The position numbers and the translations under genes are program-made. The notes beneath the pieces are model-generated. The model saw only the letters and a list, made by a program, of their open reading frames with translations. It had not been told where the DNA came from and did no database searches. Shown one piece after another: positions 47,509-57,504 of a DNA stretch of 64,000 bases (the stretch's first letter is position 1; every line of letters starts with the position of its first letter). Source of the DNA: Thermoplasmatales archaeon SW_10_69_26 (lineage in GTDB: Archaea > Thermoplasmatota > SW-10-69-26); assembly GCA_003009755.1 (NCBI GenBank), contig PXUB01000025.1:14205-78204 (forward strand), written 5' to 3'.

Positions 47509-50076
47509 GTGCCCGCCGACCACCGCCTACCCACGACCGTGCGGCCCACCCGCTACGAGCCCCACCTGGAGGTCGGGCTCGCGGCCGACACCTTCGAGGG
47601 CCGCGTCACGATCGACGTGGTGATCGAGGACCGTTGCTCGAGGATCGAGCTGCACGCCGACGGTCTCGAGGCCCAGGCGATCGAGCTCGCCACCGACGAG
47701 GCTACGATCGAGCCCGAGCTGCGCGAGCAGCCCGATGATCGCTGGATCCTCGACCTCCCGCGCACCCTCGAACCCGGCGAGGCGACGCTGTCGATCACCT
47801 ACGAGGGCGAGATCGGCGACGACATGACCGGCCTGTACCGGTCGGAGGCCGGCGAGGAACGCTGCCTGGTCACCCAGTGCGAACCCTCGGACGCGCGCTC
47901 GGTGTTCCCCTGCTTCGACGAACCCACGTTCAAGGCCGAGATCGCCTGGCGGATCCGCGCCGACGAGGATCAACAGGTGCTGGCCAACGGCTCCCTGGCC
48001 GAGACGCGCGAGCACGAGGATGGCACCGCCACGCGCGTGTTCGATGCCACGCCGCCGATCGCCAGCTACCTGGCGGCGATGGCCGTGGGCGACTTCGAGG
48101 CGAGTGACCCCGTCGACCACCACGGCGTCCCGTTCCGCGTGTGGGCGCTGACCGACGCCGAGGAGCTCGGCCAGCGAGCCCGCGACCAGGCCGCGCGGTT
48201 GACGAGCTGGTTCGAGGCGTACTTCGAGCAGCCCTACCCCTACGCGACGTACGACCAGTTGGCCGTGCCGAGCTTCAGCTTCGGCGCGATGGAGAACGTC
48301 GGCCTCGTCGTCTTCCGCAAGCCCCTGCTGTTGCTCGATCGCGAGATGTCGACCTGGGACGAGGAGAAGGCGCTGGACCGCGTCGTCGCGCACGAGCTGG
48401 CGCACATGTGGTTCGGCAACCTCGTCACGATGGCCTGGTGGGACGACTTGTGGCTCAACGAGGCCTTCGCCGAGTGGATCGCCCACGAGGCCCTCGACCA
48501 GCTCGAACCCGGTCACGAGATCTGGCACGCCTTCCGCCAGCGGACCGACCAGGCCCTGGCCACGGACGCGCTGGACAGCACGCACGCCATCTACCACCCC
48601 GTGCAGACGCCGGCCGAGGCCATGGAGATGTTCGACGCCATCACGTACGGCAAGGGATCGGCCGTGATGCGCATGCTCGAGGCCTACCTCGGGCCCGAGA
48701 CCTTCCGCCAGGGCCTGGCCAGCTACATCGAGACCTTCGCCGAGGACAACGCCCGCGGCAGCCAGCTGTGGGACCACCTGGCCCAGGCCAGCGACGAACC
48801 CGTCACCGAGATCATGCGGGCCTGGGTCACCCAGCCCGGCCACCCCTGCGTGGCGATGCGGTTGGTGGACGAGGGCGTCGTCGAGCTGACCCAACGCCAC
48901 CACCGGGCGCGGCGGACGACGACGCTGCAGGCGGCCACGTGGCCGGTGCCGGTCGTGCTCCGGTGGGCCGACCGGGCCGGCGTCCACGAGACGAGCGTGC
49001 TCCTCGAGGGCGAAAGCACCGAGATCGAGCTCGACCCCGCGGGGGAGATCGCCTGGCTGGTGGGCAACGCCGACCAGGGCGGTTTCTACCGCGTCGACCA
49101 CGGCCCCGAGCTGGGTCAGCGCCTGCGCGCCAACGTCCGCGAGCTCTCGCCCGCCGAGCGGTGGGGCCTGATCCGGGACAGCTTCTCCCTGGTCAAGGCC
49201 GGCCGCCGGTCGATGGACGACCACCTGAGGCTCGTCGACGAGACCGCCACGGGCCAGGCGCACTTCGCGTTCGTGGACGATCTCGTCGGCCACGTCCGCG
49301 AGCTCGAGCGCATGCTCGAGACCCACGGCGACGCCGAGGCGCTGGCCGGGTTCCGCTCCTGGGTGATGGCCGCCTTCGGGTCCGCGCTCGAGGAGCTGGG
49401 CACCCACGCCAAGCCCGGCGAGAAGCCGGCCCGCCGCCACCGGCGAGGCACCGTCCTGATGGCCCTCGCCGGCATCGGGGGCGACGAGGCGACCCTCGAC
49501 CCCGTGCTCGAGCAAGCCGAGACCGAACGCAGCGACCCCGAGGAGATCGATCCCGAGCAGGCCCAGGTGGCCGTGCGCGTGGCCGCCCGCCACGGCGACC
49601 ACGGGACCTTCGAGACGTTCCGCGAGACCTATCTGGCCCGCCGAGATACAGGGGACCCGCCCCAGCAGGTCGAAGGCTACCTCCACAGCCTTCCGCTGTT
49701 CCGCGAGGACGAGAGCCTCGAGGCCCTGCTGGGCATGGTGGCCGACGGCGAGATCCCCCAACAGTCGATCGGGCCGCTGCTGGAGACGATGCTCACGCAA
49801 CCCCACGCCCAGGGGGCCGCGCTCGACCACGTCGAGGCCCACGCCCAGGACCTGCTGGAGACGACCGGGCCGGCCTGGATCGCCCGCATCGTCGAGGCGA
49901 TCGGCCACGTCGGCGGCGACCGACGTCAGCAGGCCCGCGCGTTCCTCGAGGGCGAGATCGGCGAGATCGCGCCCGAGAGCACCGAGCGCGCGCTGGAACG
50001 CCTCGATCAGAGCGAGGAGCTGGCCGAGGCCGGCGTGGCCGAGGAGCTGGCCGCCTGGGCGCGCGAGCACGCGTGA
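47509..50076 (+). CDS. M1 family aminopeptidase (PepN/tricorn-interacting factor-like)
   Basis: FPCFDEP, GAMEN, HELAH-x18-E (WLNEAFA), YGKG, ERAP1-like C-terminus. Confidence 0.95.
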   Translation: MPADHRLPTTVRPTRYEPHLEVGLAADTFEGRVTIDVVIEDRCSRIELHADGLEAQAIELATDEATIEPELREQPDDRWILDLPRTLEPGEATLSITYEGEIGDDMTGLYRSEAGEERCLVTQCEPSDARSVFPCFDEPTFKAEIAWRIRADEDQQVLANGSLAETREHEDGTATRVFDATPPIASYLAAMAVGDFEASDPVDHHGVPFRVWALTDAEELGQRARDQAARLTSWFEAYFEQPYPYATYDQLAVPSFSFGAMENVGLVVFRKPLLLLDREMSTWDEEKALDRVVAHELAHMWFGNLVTMAWWDDLWLNEAFAEWIAHEALDQLEPGHEIWHAFRQRTDQALATDALDSTHAIYHPVQTPAEAMEMFDAITYGKGSAVMRMLEAYLGPETFRQGLASYIETFAEDNARGSQLWDHLAQASDEPVTEIMRAWVTQPGHPCVAMRLVDEGVVELTQRHHRARRTTTLQAATWPVPVVLRWADRAGVHETSVLLEGESTEIELDPAGEIAWLVGNADQGGFYRVDHGPELGQRLRANVRELSPAERWGLIRDSFSLVKAGRRSMDDHLRLVDETATGQAHFAFVDDLVGHVRELERMLETHGDAEALAGFRSWVMAAFGSALEELGTHAKPGEKPARRHRRGTVLMALAGIGGDEATLDPVLEQAETERSDPEEIDPEQAQVAVRVAARHGDHGTFETFRETYLARRDTGDPPQQVEGYLHSLPLFREDESLEALLGMVADGEIPQQSIGPLLETMLTQPHAQGAALDHVEAHAQDLLETTGPAWIARIVEAIGHVGGDRRQQARAFLEGEIGEIAPESTERALERLDQSEELAEAGVAEELAAWAREHA

Positions 50077-50141
50077 GCCGGTAGGATCGCCGGCCCCTCC
50101 CGGCGAAGGGCTTTCACGGGGTCGGCCCCTGGTCGCGGCGG

Positions 50142-50963
50142 ATGAGGGAGGCCGCCCAGACCCAGGACGAGCCCACCCAGCCGACCAGCTGGCAGCGGGT
50201 GCCGCCTGCCGACGCCGACGCGCTCGTCGTCGGCGCCCCCTTCGACGGCACCAGCGGCGGCCGCCCCCGCCAGGCGCGAGCGCCCGACCTGTTGCGCTCG
50301 GCGCTGGAGCTCGCCGAGACCGACGACGGAGCGCCGGTGTGGGACGCGGGCGACGTGCTCGTGGACCCCATCGAGCCGGAGCCGACCTTGGCCCGGTTGG
50401 AGGCCACGATCGAGCGAGCCTGCGCGCAGGCGCCATCGGCGCTGCCGGTCGTGCTCGGTGGCGAGCACACGGTCTCGCTGGCAGCGGTCCGGGCCCTGCA
50501 GCCGGCCTCGATCGTGTCCCTGGACGCCCACCCCGACCTGTGGGACGACCAGCACGGCCGCTCGATCGCGCAGGGCACCTGGCTGCGGCGGGCTTGCGAG
50601 CGCTCGGACGCCGAGGTCGTGGTGCTTGGCGCGCGAGCCGCCCGCGGCGCCGAGACCGAGGCGATGGAGGAGCTGGGCGTGCGGACCGAGCTGCCGGCCA
50701 AGCTGCCCGAGCCCGTGTACCTGACGGTCGACATCGACGTCCTCGACCCCCAGCAGGCACCCGGCGTGGTCTGGCCCGAGCCGGACGGGCCGGGCCTGGA
50801 CGAGGTCGCCGAGCTCGTCGGGGCGGTGGCTGGTGACCACGAGTTGGCCGGCGTCGACCTGGTGGAGGTGAACGCGGCCGGTCCCGGGCCGACGGTCGAC
50901 GCGGCGGCCCACCTCCTGCAGCAGGCCTTGGCGGCCGCTGGCGGCGACGCTGGGACGCGGTGA
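50142..50963 (+). CDS. Agmatinase/arginase family ureohydrolase
   Basis: GAPFD, GGEHTVS, LDAHPDL, DIDVLDP, DLVEVN. Confidence 0.88.
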   Translation: MREAAQTQDEPTQPTSWQRVPPADADALVVGAPFDGTSGGRPRQARAPDLLRSALELAETDDGAPVWDAGDVLVDPIEPEPTLARLEATIERACAQAPSALPVVLGGEHTVSLAAVRALQPASIVSLDAHPDLWDDQHGRSIAQGTWLRRACERSDAEVVVLGARAARGAETEAMEELGVRTELPAKLPEPVYLTVDIDVLDPQQAPGVVWPEPDGPGLDEVAELVGAVAGDHELAGVDLVEVNAAGPGPTVDAAAHLLQQALAAAGGDAGTR

Positions 50964-50998
50964 GAGGAAGAGGAGAGGAAGGCGGGGCCCGGCCCCGC
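50964..50998 (-). terminator. Putative pdhAB terminator
   Basis: GCGGGGCC-C-GGCCCCGC hairpin, then CTTCCTCTCCTCTTCCTC on the minus strand. Confidence 0.55.
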
Positions 50999-51016
50999 TA
51001 GCGAGGGAGGCCCGGG

Positions 51017-52045
51017 TCAGAAGTCCACGGTCTCGACGATGCCTTCCTTGATGCGGGGCACGTCGGGCATGTAGGCTTGCTCGCGAGCGAGCAGCGGGGT
51101 CTGCACGTCGGGCGCGGTGACGCGCTTGACGGGCGCCTCGAGGTGCAGCACGGCCTCGTCCATGATGCGGGCGCTGATCTCGGAGGCGATGCCGAGCGTG
51201 CGGTGGGCCTCCTGCACGACCACGCAGCGGCCGGTGTCTTCGACGCTGTCGACGATCGTCTCGCTGTCGAGCGGGGACACGGTCGGCAGGTCGATCACGG
51301 TCGCCGAGATGTCGTGCTCCTCCTCGAGTTCGGCGACGGCCTGGCGCGTGCGGTAGAGCATGTGGCCGAAGGCGACGACGGTGACGTCCTCGCCCTCCTC
51401 GAGCACCTGCGCAGGCCCGATGTCGGGCAGCTGGTCGGTGTCGACGTCCTCCTCGGGCACGGGCTCGCGGAACTTGCGGTACAGGGCCTTCGGCTCGAGG
51501 AAGACGACCGGATCCTCCGAGCGGATGCTGGCCTTGAGGTAGGCCCAGGTCTGCTGCGGGCTGCGGGGGATGACGACCGTGAGCCCGGGCGTGTGGATCC
51601 AGTACGTCTCGCGGGACTCGCTGTGGTGCTCCAGCGCGCGCACGCCGGCGCCGTAGGGCATCCGAATCGTGACGGGCACGTTCATGCCGCCCTGGGTGCG
51701 CTTGCGGAAGCGCGCCAGGTGGGATTCGATCTGGTGGAAGGCCTGGTAGCTGAACCCGCTGAACTGGAGCTCGGGCACGGGCCGCATGCCGTTGATCGCG
51801 AGGCCGACCGCGGTGCCGATGATGCCGGTCTCGGCCAGCGGCGTGTCGACGACGCGGTCCTCGCCGTACGTCTCGACGAGGCCGTCGGTGGCGCGGAAGA
51901 TGCCGCCGTCCCAGCCGACGTCCTCGCCCATGATCATGACGCGGTCGTCGCGCGCCAGCTCCTGGTCGTGGGCCTCACAGATGGCCTCGACCATCGTCAT
52001 CTCGCTCGTCTCGACGTCCTGGGTCAGCTGGGTGGCCTTAGCCAT
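51017..52045 (-). CDS. pdhB: 2-oxoacid (pyruvate-type) dehydrogenase E1 beta
   Basis: GEDVG..GGIFRAT, DTPLAE, LEHHSES, FLEPK. Confidence 0.92.
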   Translation of the reverse strand: MAKATQLTQDVETSEMTMVEAICEAHDQELARDDRVMIMGEDVGWDGGIFRATDGLVETYGEDRVVDTPLAETGIIGTAVGLAINGMRPVPELQFSGFSYQAFHQIESHLARFRKRTQGGMNVPVTIRMPYGAGVRALEHHSESRETYWIHTPGLTVVIPRSPQQTWAYLKASIRSEDPVVFLEPKALYRKFREPVPEEDVDTDQLPDIGPAQVLEEGEDVTVVAFGHMLYRTRQAVAELEEEHDISATVIDLPTVSPLDSETIVDSVEDTGRCVVVQEAHRTLGIASEISARIMDEAVLHLEAPVKRVTAPDVQTPLLAREQAYMPDVPRIKEGIVETVDF

Positions 52046-53147
52046 GGTGATCACCCCACACATCGTGGCGGTCCCAGTAGTCGGTGAACTCCTCGCGCTG
52101 CTGGGCGAGGTAGGGCGGCTCGTCGGAGTAGGCGAAGTCGAACATGTCCTCGGGGTCGCCCAGCTCCTCGGCCTTGTCCTCGAAGGTCTCGACGGCTTCG
52201 GCGATCTCTTCGGTGACCTCCTCCTCGATCGTGTCGTGGTCGCCCTCGTCGAGGACGTCCTTCTCGAGCAGGTAGGTGCGGAAGCGGTCGATGGGGTCGC
52301 GTTCGCGCCACGGCTCGACGTCCTCCTCGTCACGGTACTTGGTCGGGTCGTCGGCCGTGGTGTGAACGTTCATGCGGTAGGTGATCGCCTCGATCATCGT
52401 CGGGCCGTCGCCGGCGCGGGCGCGATCGACGGCGCGCTTGGTGGCGTGGTAGACGCCGAGGATGTCGTTGCCGTCGACCTGGATGCCCGGCATACCGTAG
52501 GCGTGGGCCTTCTGGGCCAGCGTGTCGGAGGCCGTCTGGCGCTCGCGGGGGACGCTGATCGCCCACTGGTTGTTCTGGCAGAGGAACACCGTCGGCGTCT
52601 CGAAGACGCCGGCGAAGTTCATCGCCTCGTGGAAGTCGCCCTCGCTGGTGGACCCGTCGCCGAAGTACGTGATCGTGACGCGGTCGTTGCCCTTCAGCTT
52701 GGACGCCCAGGCGATCCCGGTGGCGTGGCAGGTCTGGCTGGCGATCGGGATCGCGATCGGGGTCTGGTTCTCCTCGCCGGTGAGCTCCATGCCGTGCTCG
52801 TACCCGGCGGCGTACAGCAGATCGTCTTCGACCTCGAGACCGCGCCAGAGGTTCGCCGTGAGCTCGCGGTAGCTTTGCACGAACCAGTCGTCGTCCCGCG
52901 TGGCGTAGATGCTGCCCAGTTGGGCGGCCTCCTGGCCGTGGGAGGGCGCGAACGTGCCGATGCGCCCCTGGCGCTGGAGCTTCATCCGACGTTCGTCGAA
53001 CTTGCGGGACTTGACCATGGTCCGGTAGAGGTCGACGAGATCGCTGCTCGGGATCTGGGGTTCGAGCTCCTCGTCGACGTTCCCGTCCTGGTCGAGGATC
53101 TGGATGTACGGGATCTCGGACGGTGTGTCGACCTGTTCGATGGGCAA
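52038..53147 (-). CDS. pdhA: 2-oxoacid (pyruvate-type) dehydrogenase E1 alpha
   Basis: QRQGRIG, GQEA, GDGSTSEGDFHE...NN TPP motif, HTTADDP; GAGGTGAT RBS upstream of TTG. Confidence 0.92.
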   Translation of the reverse strand: MPIEQVDTPSEIPYIQILDQDGNVDEELEPQIPSSDLVDLYRTMVKSRKFDERRMKLQRQGRIGTFAPSHGQEAAQLGSIYATRDDDWFVQSYRELTANLWRGLEVEDDLLYAAGYEHGMELTGEENQTPIAIPIASQTCHATGIAWASKLKGNDRVTITYFGDGSTSEGDFHEAMNFAGVFETPTVFLCQNNQWAISVPRERQTASDTLAQKAHAYGMPGIQVDGNDILGVYHATKRAVDRARAGDGPTMIEAITYRMNVHTTADDPTKYRDEEDVEPWRERDPIDRFRTYLLEKDVLDEGDHDTIEEEVTEEIAEAVETFEDKAEELGDPEDMFDFAYSDEPPYLAQQREEFTDYWDRHDVWGDHHG

Positions 53148-53343
53148 ACGATCACCTCAGTGATCGGGAACGGGTTCCTGGGCGGCCCCCTGCTCCTCGT
53201 CGGCGGGTGCGCGTCGTCCGTCCCTGGGGCTCCATCGGCTCCACCTCGTCGAACGTCCGCGAGCAGGCGCGGGGCCGCCTCACAGGTACCCGACCGTCGA
53301 TGGGGCTGGGGTAGAAAAACCCTCCCGTCCGTTGAGGCCCGCG

Positions 53344-53589
53344 TCAGGCCGTCCCGGTCGGGGCCGAGGTCATCGGGGCCGAGTCGCCGTGCACCTTCTC
53401 CCAGAAGTAGTAGGAGCCGACCGCCATCAGGACCGCCAGCGTCAACGAGCCGATCCGTCGCCGCATGATCAGCGGGAACGCGAGACCGAGCCCGATCCCG
53501 ATCGCCTTGAACGGCTCGCCTTCGGAGATCCGCTCGCCCACGGTGAGCCCCGTGGCCATCGCGTCGAGGCCGCGCATGAGGGCCTTCAT
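53344..53589 (-). CDS. Small membrane protein
   Basis: MKALMRGLD...two hydrophobic stretches. Confidence 0.5.
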   Translation of the reverse strand: MKALMRGLDAMATGLTVGERISEGEPFKAIGIGLGLAFPLIMRRRIGSLTLAVLMAVGSYYFWEKVHGDSAPMTSAPTGTA

Positions 53590-53645
53590 ACACGATCGAA
53601 TAGGCGTTGCCTCAGCCAAAAAACCCCCACAAGGCGAGCCTGCGG

Positions 53646-53903
53646 TCAGGCCGTCGGCGGCCACGCGGCGTACGTCGTGGTCGAGCCTCGCCGGCCCAGG
53701 GTCTCCACCTGGAAGCTCGTCAGCCCGTCGCGCACCTCGGTCTCGGGGAGATCGGTCACGACGAGGAACATCCACCGCGAGCTGCGTCGGGCCGAGCCCC
53801 GTCGTCGAGGCACGGCGAAGCACTCCACGCGGGCCTGCTCGGCGCCGGCTCCCAGCGAGAACTCGATGCTGGCCGCCCGTTCCTTGGCCGTGATCGCGTC
53901 CAT
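53646..53903 (-). CDS. Small hypothetical protein
   Basis: MDAITAKERAASIEF...WMFLVVTDLPE, plausible composition. Confidence 0.4.
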   Translation of the reverse strand: MDAITAKERAASIEFSLGAGAEQARVECFAVPRRRGSARRSSRWMFLVVTDLPETEVRDGLTSFQVETLGRRGSTTTYAAWPPTA

Positions 53904-54078
53904 CGTCCACGATGGGGACCCCGATCGGTTGTCAATCCCCACCCGGGAGGGGGGTGACCGAACGATCCGGGCTCGTGGCGGGGTAGCATGGGTCGAAACC
54001 GTCGGCCGTGGTGTTTCGGCAGTGGTCGAGACCCGAACGAGAACAGCTAAGTGTCCGCCGGCAGACGGTGGTTCTCCG

Positions 54079-54660
54079 ATGGCGCCTGTCGGAACCATGA
54101 CGGGAGCAAGCACCTCGATGGTGGTCACCTGGCTCGAGGAGCGCCAGGGCTCCCGGTCCGTGGACGCGCTGTTCGACCGTTTGGACGAGCATCGCGGCCG
54201 CGAGGTGTCCCGCCAGGGCGTCCACTCGGCCTCCGAGATCGAGTACGACCTCCACACCGCGATCCTGGAGGAGGTCGCCGACATCGCCGACGCCGACGAC
54301 GACCTGCTGCGGGAGATCGGTCGCGACGGCGCCGACAACATCGAGCAGGTCATCCCGGGGGCCGGCACGATCCTCAAGCTGGCCAACCCCCAACGCCTGC
54401 TGAACCGCGCCCGCACGCTTTGGGGAACCTACGCCGACTTCGGCGACGTCGAGGTGCTGGCGATGGACGACGGGAACGCGACGCTGCGGATCTACGGGTT
54501 CCCGAAACACGATCACTTCTGCCGTACGCTGGAGGGCCTGTTCGAGGGCCTCGTCGAGCGCGCCGGCGGCGAGGACGTCGAGGTGCGCGAGATCGAGCAC
54601 GACGTCGAGCGCGGCTGCGTGTTCGAGGGCACCTGGACCGACGATTCCGGGTTCTTCTGA
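54079..54660 (+). CDS. H-NOX/V4R-like small-ligand-binding protein
   Basis: LREIGRDGA...LW..Y.DFG...FCRTLEGLFEG...GCVFEGTW. Confidence 0.65.
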   Translation: MAPVGTMTGASTSMVVTWLEERQGSRSVDALFDRLDEHRGREVSRQGVHSASEIEYDLHTAILEEVADIADADDDLLREIGRDGADNIEQVIPGAGTILKLANPQRLLNRARTLWGTYADFGDVEVLAMDDGNATLRIYGFPKHDHFCRTLEGLFEGLVERAGGEDVEVREIEHDVERGCVFEGTWTDDSGFF

Positions 54661-54723
54661 GACCGGCCCCTGTCGGACCACCGGTTGGCCTATAAGCCCC
54701 GGCTTGTTTGCCGGTCGTGGTTC

Positions 54724-56460
54724 ATGCGGGGAGCGGACGGATCTGACACGGGCGAGTCAGCCGACCAGATCCCCGACCACCTGTCCGCCTCCCGGGCTGA
54801 GGCGCAGACGCGCGAGGCGGGCGAGGAGACCGAACCGGTCTCCAAGATCCAGCGCACGGTCGAGATCCTGCGCACGCTGCAGGACCACAACTTCTTCCAG
54901 CTGATCAAGGAGCTCAGCCAGGCCGAGCGCGAGCGCGGCGTGCGCGGGACGGAGCTGCGCGTCCCGGCGGGGGTGCCCGAGCGCATGCGGCGGTTGCTCG
55001 AGGATCTGGGTCCAACGTTCATCAAGCTCGGACAGCTGATGGGCACCCGGCCCGACCTCGTCCCGAAGGCCTTCGCCGACGAGTTCCGCCACCTGTACGA
55101 CAAGACGAAGCCGACCCCGTACCGGCAGATCAAGCGCGTCGTCGAGGACGAGCTCGATCGCCCGATCGACGACGTCTTCGCCACCTTCGAGCGGGAACCG
55201 GTCGCCAGCGCCTCGATCGGTCAGGTGCACTTCGCGGAGCTGCAGAACGGCGACCGGGTCGCGGTCAAGGTCCAGCACCCCGGCATCCACGAGCGCGTGG
55301 CCCGGGACTTCGAGATCCTGGAACCGATCGTGAGCTTCGTCGAGCGCGTGTTCGCCGGCTCCCGCATCTGGCAGCCCCAGGCCCACCTCGAAGAGATGCG
55401 CGTGATGCTGGGCAAGGAGCTGGACTACACCTACGAGGCCCGCAACCACCAGCGCGTCTTCGAGAACTTCGAGGACGATCCCAACGTCAAGATCCCCGAG
55501 ATCCACTGGGAGCACTCCGGCCGGCGGGTGCTCACGCTCGAGTACGTCGACGGGATCAAGCTCGAGGATCTCGACGAGGGCGCGATCCCGTCCCTGGACG
55601 GCGAGAGCGTGGCCGAGGTGCTCACCACCTCGATGGCGGAGATGATCTTCGACCACCGGCTGTTCCACGCCGACCCCTCGCCCGGCAACGTGTTGATCCT
55701 CGACTCGAACACGATCGCCTACCTCGACTTCGGGGCCGTCGGGTACGTCCCCCGCCGCCGCGCCGAGCGCGTGCTCGGCCTGCTCGTCGGCTTCCAGCGC
55801 GACGACCTGGAGATGGTGGCCCAGAACCTCATCGATCTGTGCAACAAGGTCGGCCCCTTCGAGCCCGGCCCGTTCAAGAACGACCTCGAGCAGATCATGG
55901 AGTTCCACGACCGCGAGCGCGCTTCGCCGGGCAACCCCGAGATGCTGGACATGATCATCGACACGGCCGAGGACCACAACCTCCGCCTGCCGCCGGACTT
56001 CATGCTCATCACGCGCTCCCTGTTCCAGTTCGAGGGCATGTGCCGCCGGCTGGACCCCAACTACGAGCTGATCGAGACGCTGGGGCCCTACATCCAGCAG
56101 CGCCTGTTCGAGCGCTACCTGTCCCCCGAACGGCAGAAGGACGCCCTCATCGACATCGGGATCCAGGGCGCCGAGCTCGTGAAGAACGCGCCCGGCCGCA
56201 TCAACACGATCTTGCGCAAGCTCGAGCAGGACGAGCTCAGCGTCAACGTGGAGCTGGGCGGCCTCGATGCCTACCAGGAGCACCAGCGCGGCAACGTGCT
56301 GCGCGCCAGCTTGGCCGCCATCACGGCGTCGCTGCTCTTGGCCGTCGCGTTGATCATGGCGCTGGGACGCAGCGGCGAGCTGGGTCGGTTCGCGCTCGTG
56401 GCCGCGATGCTGGTCTTGACCTGGATCTTCGTGATGATCTGGCTCGAGCCCGACGAGTGA
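54724..56460 (+). CDS. ABC1/UbiB (AarF) family atypical kinase
   Basis: LGPTFIKLGQ, ASASIGQVH, VAVKVQ, FHADPSPGN, YLDFG; two C-terminal TMs. Confidence 0.93.
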   Translation: MRGADGSDTGESADQIPDHLSASRAEAQTREAGEETEPVSKIQRTVEILRTLQDHNFFQLIKELSQAERERGVRGTELRVPAGVPERMRRLLEDLGPTFIKLGQLMGTRPDLVPKAFADEFRHLYDKTKPTPYRQIKRVVEDELDRPIDDVFATFEREPVASASIGQVHFAELQNGDRVAVKVQHPGIHERVARDFEILEPIVSFVERVFAGSRIWQPQAHLEEMRVMLGKELDYTYEARNHQRVFENFEDDPNVKIPEIHWEHSGRRVLTLEYVDGIKLEDLDEGAIPSLDGESVAEVLTTSMAEMIFDHRLFHADPSPGNVLILDSNTIAYLDFGAVGYVPRRRAERVLGLLVGFQRDDLEMVAQNLIDLCNKVGPFEPGPFKNDLEQIMEFHDRERASPGNPEMLDMIIDTAEDHNLRLPPDFMLITRSLFQFEGMCRRLDPNYELIETLGPYIQQRLFERYLSPERQKDALIDIGIQGAELVKNAPGRINTILRKLEQDELSVNVELGGLDAYQEHQRGNVLRASLAAITASLLLAVALIMALGRSGELGRFALVAAMLVLTWIFVMIWLEPDE

Positions 56461-56463
56461 GGC

Positions 56464-57414
56464 TCACCTGGCGTGGGCGCGCAGGTCGTAGGCGACCTCC
56501 TCGCCCTCGCCCGGCTCGTCGAGGCCGACGTCGACCGTGAGGTTGCCCTCCTCGAGGCCGTCCCAGCGGGCTTGGAACCGCTCGGCGCTGTGCTGGCTGG
56601 CCGCAGGCGGCCCGATCGAGGTCCCCTCGCGGGTGAGGTGGGCCGACAAGCGGGCCTGATCGGAGCCGTTCCACGACAGCTCGAGGGCCAAGCTTTTCCC
56701 GTCCTCGGGCACGGTGACCTCGTGCGTGGCGTTGGGCTGGCCGGCCGAAAGCTGGCCCTCGAACGTCTCCGTGCGCGGGCTCGTCTGCGCCTGGGTCCGG
56801 TTGGCGACCTCGCCCGTGCGAGCGTCCACGAACCGCGTCTCCTGGGCGCCCTGGCCGTGGCTGGAGGCGCGCACCTGCCAGCGTGGCCCCTCGCTCGTGC
56901 CGCCGAGCGTGTAGAAGACGGCCGCGTCGCTGGCCGCCACGATGCGATCGGCCGCCTCGCTGTCGTCGAGCAGCCGTTGCACGGCGTCGGTGCTGTCGAT
57001 CGAGACGTTGCCGACCGGCTGGGCGCCGGGCCCGGCCGGTTGGGCGCCCTCGTCCATCCAGGCGACCTCGTCGGCACTGACGCGCACCGATCGCGTCTCG
57101 TTGCCCGCGATGAACACCATCACCCACTGGGGGGCGCGCCCGTCGCCGGGCAGCGGGTCGGCGTGCAGCGGGAACGACTCGCGCTGGTCCCCGGTCCGCT
57201 CGCGCTGCATGGCCGGGCTGTCCTCGCCGCCCTCGAACCCGGAGAGCACGAGCAGCTCGGCTTCGTCTTGCCAGTCCCTCACCGTGGGTTCGGCGCTCTC
57301 GAGGGCCTCGCGAGCCGACAACGGCTCGGGCGCAGCGTCCGATTCGCTTGCGCACCCGGCGAGGCCGACGGTGACGACGAGCAGGGCCAGCCCGGCAGCG
57401 ACGGTCGCGCGCAT
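56464..57414 (-). CDS. Lipoprotein
   Basis: Lipobox LAGC; PepSY-like FVDARTGEV. Confidence 0.75.
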   Translation of the reverse strand: MRATVAAGLALLVVTVGLAGCASESDAAPEPLSAREALESAEPTVRDWQDEAELLVLSGFEGGEDSPAMQRERTGDQRESFPLHADPLPGDGRAPQWVMVFIAGNETRSVRVSADEVAWMDEGAQPAGPGAQPVGNVSIDSTDAVQRLLDDSEAADRIVAASDAAVFYTLGGTSEGPRWQVRASSHGQGAQETRFVDARTGEVANRTQAQTSPRTETFEGQLSAGQPNATHEVTVPEDGKSLALELSWNGSDQARLSAHLTREGTSIGPPAASQHSAERFQARWDGLEEGNLTVDVGLDEPGEGEEVAYDLRAHAR

Positions 57415-57504
57415 CGAGCAGGCGCACCGCGCGGGTGGGCTTGGGTCTTTCGCCCCCGGCCTCGTCACGGGCTAGGTTGAAGACCGCGGGCGCGATGGAG
57501 ACGC

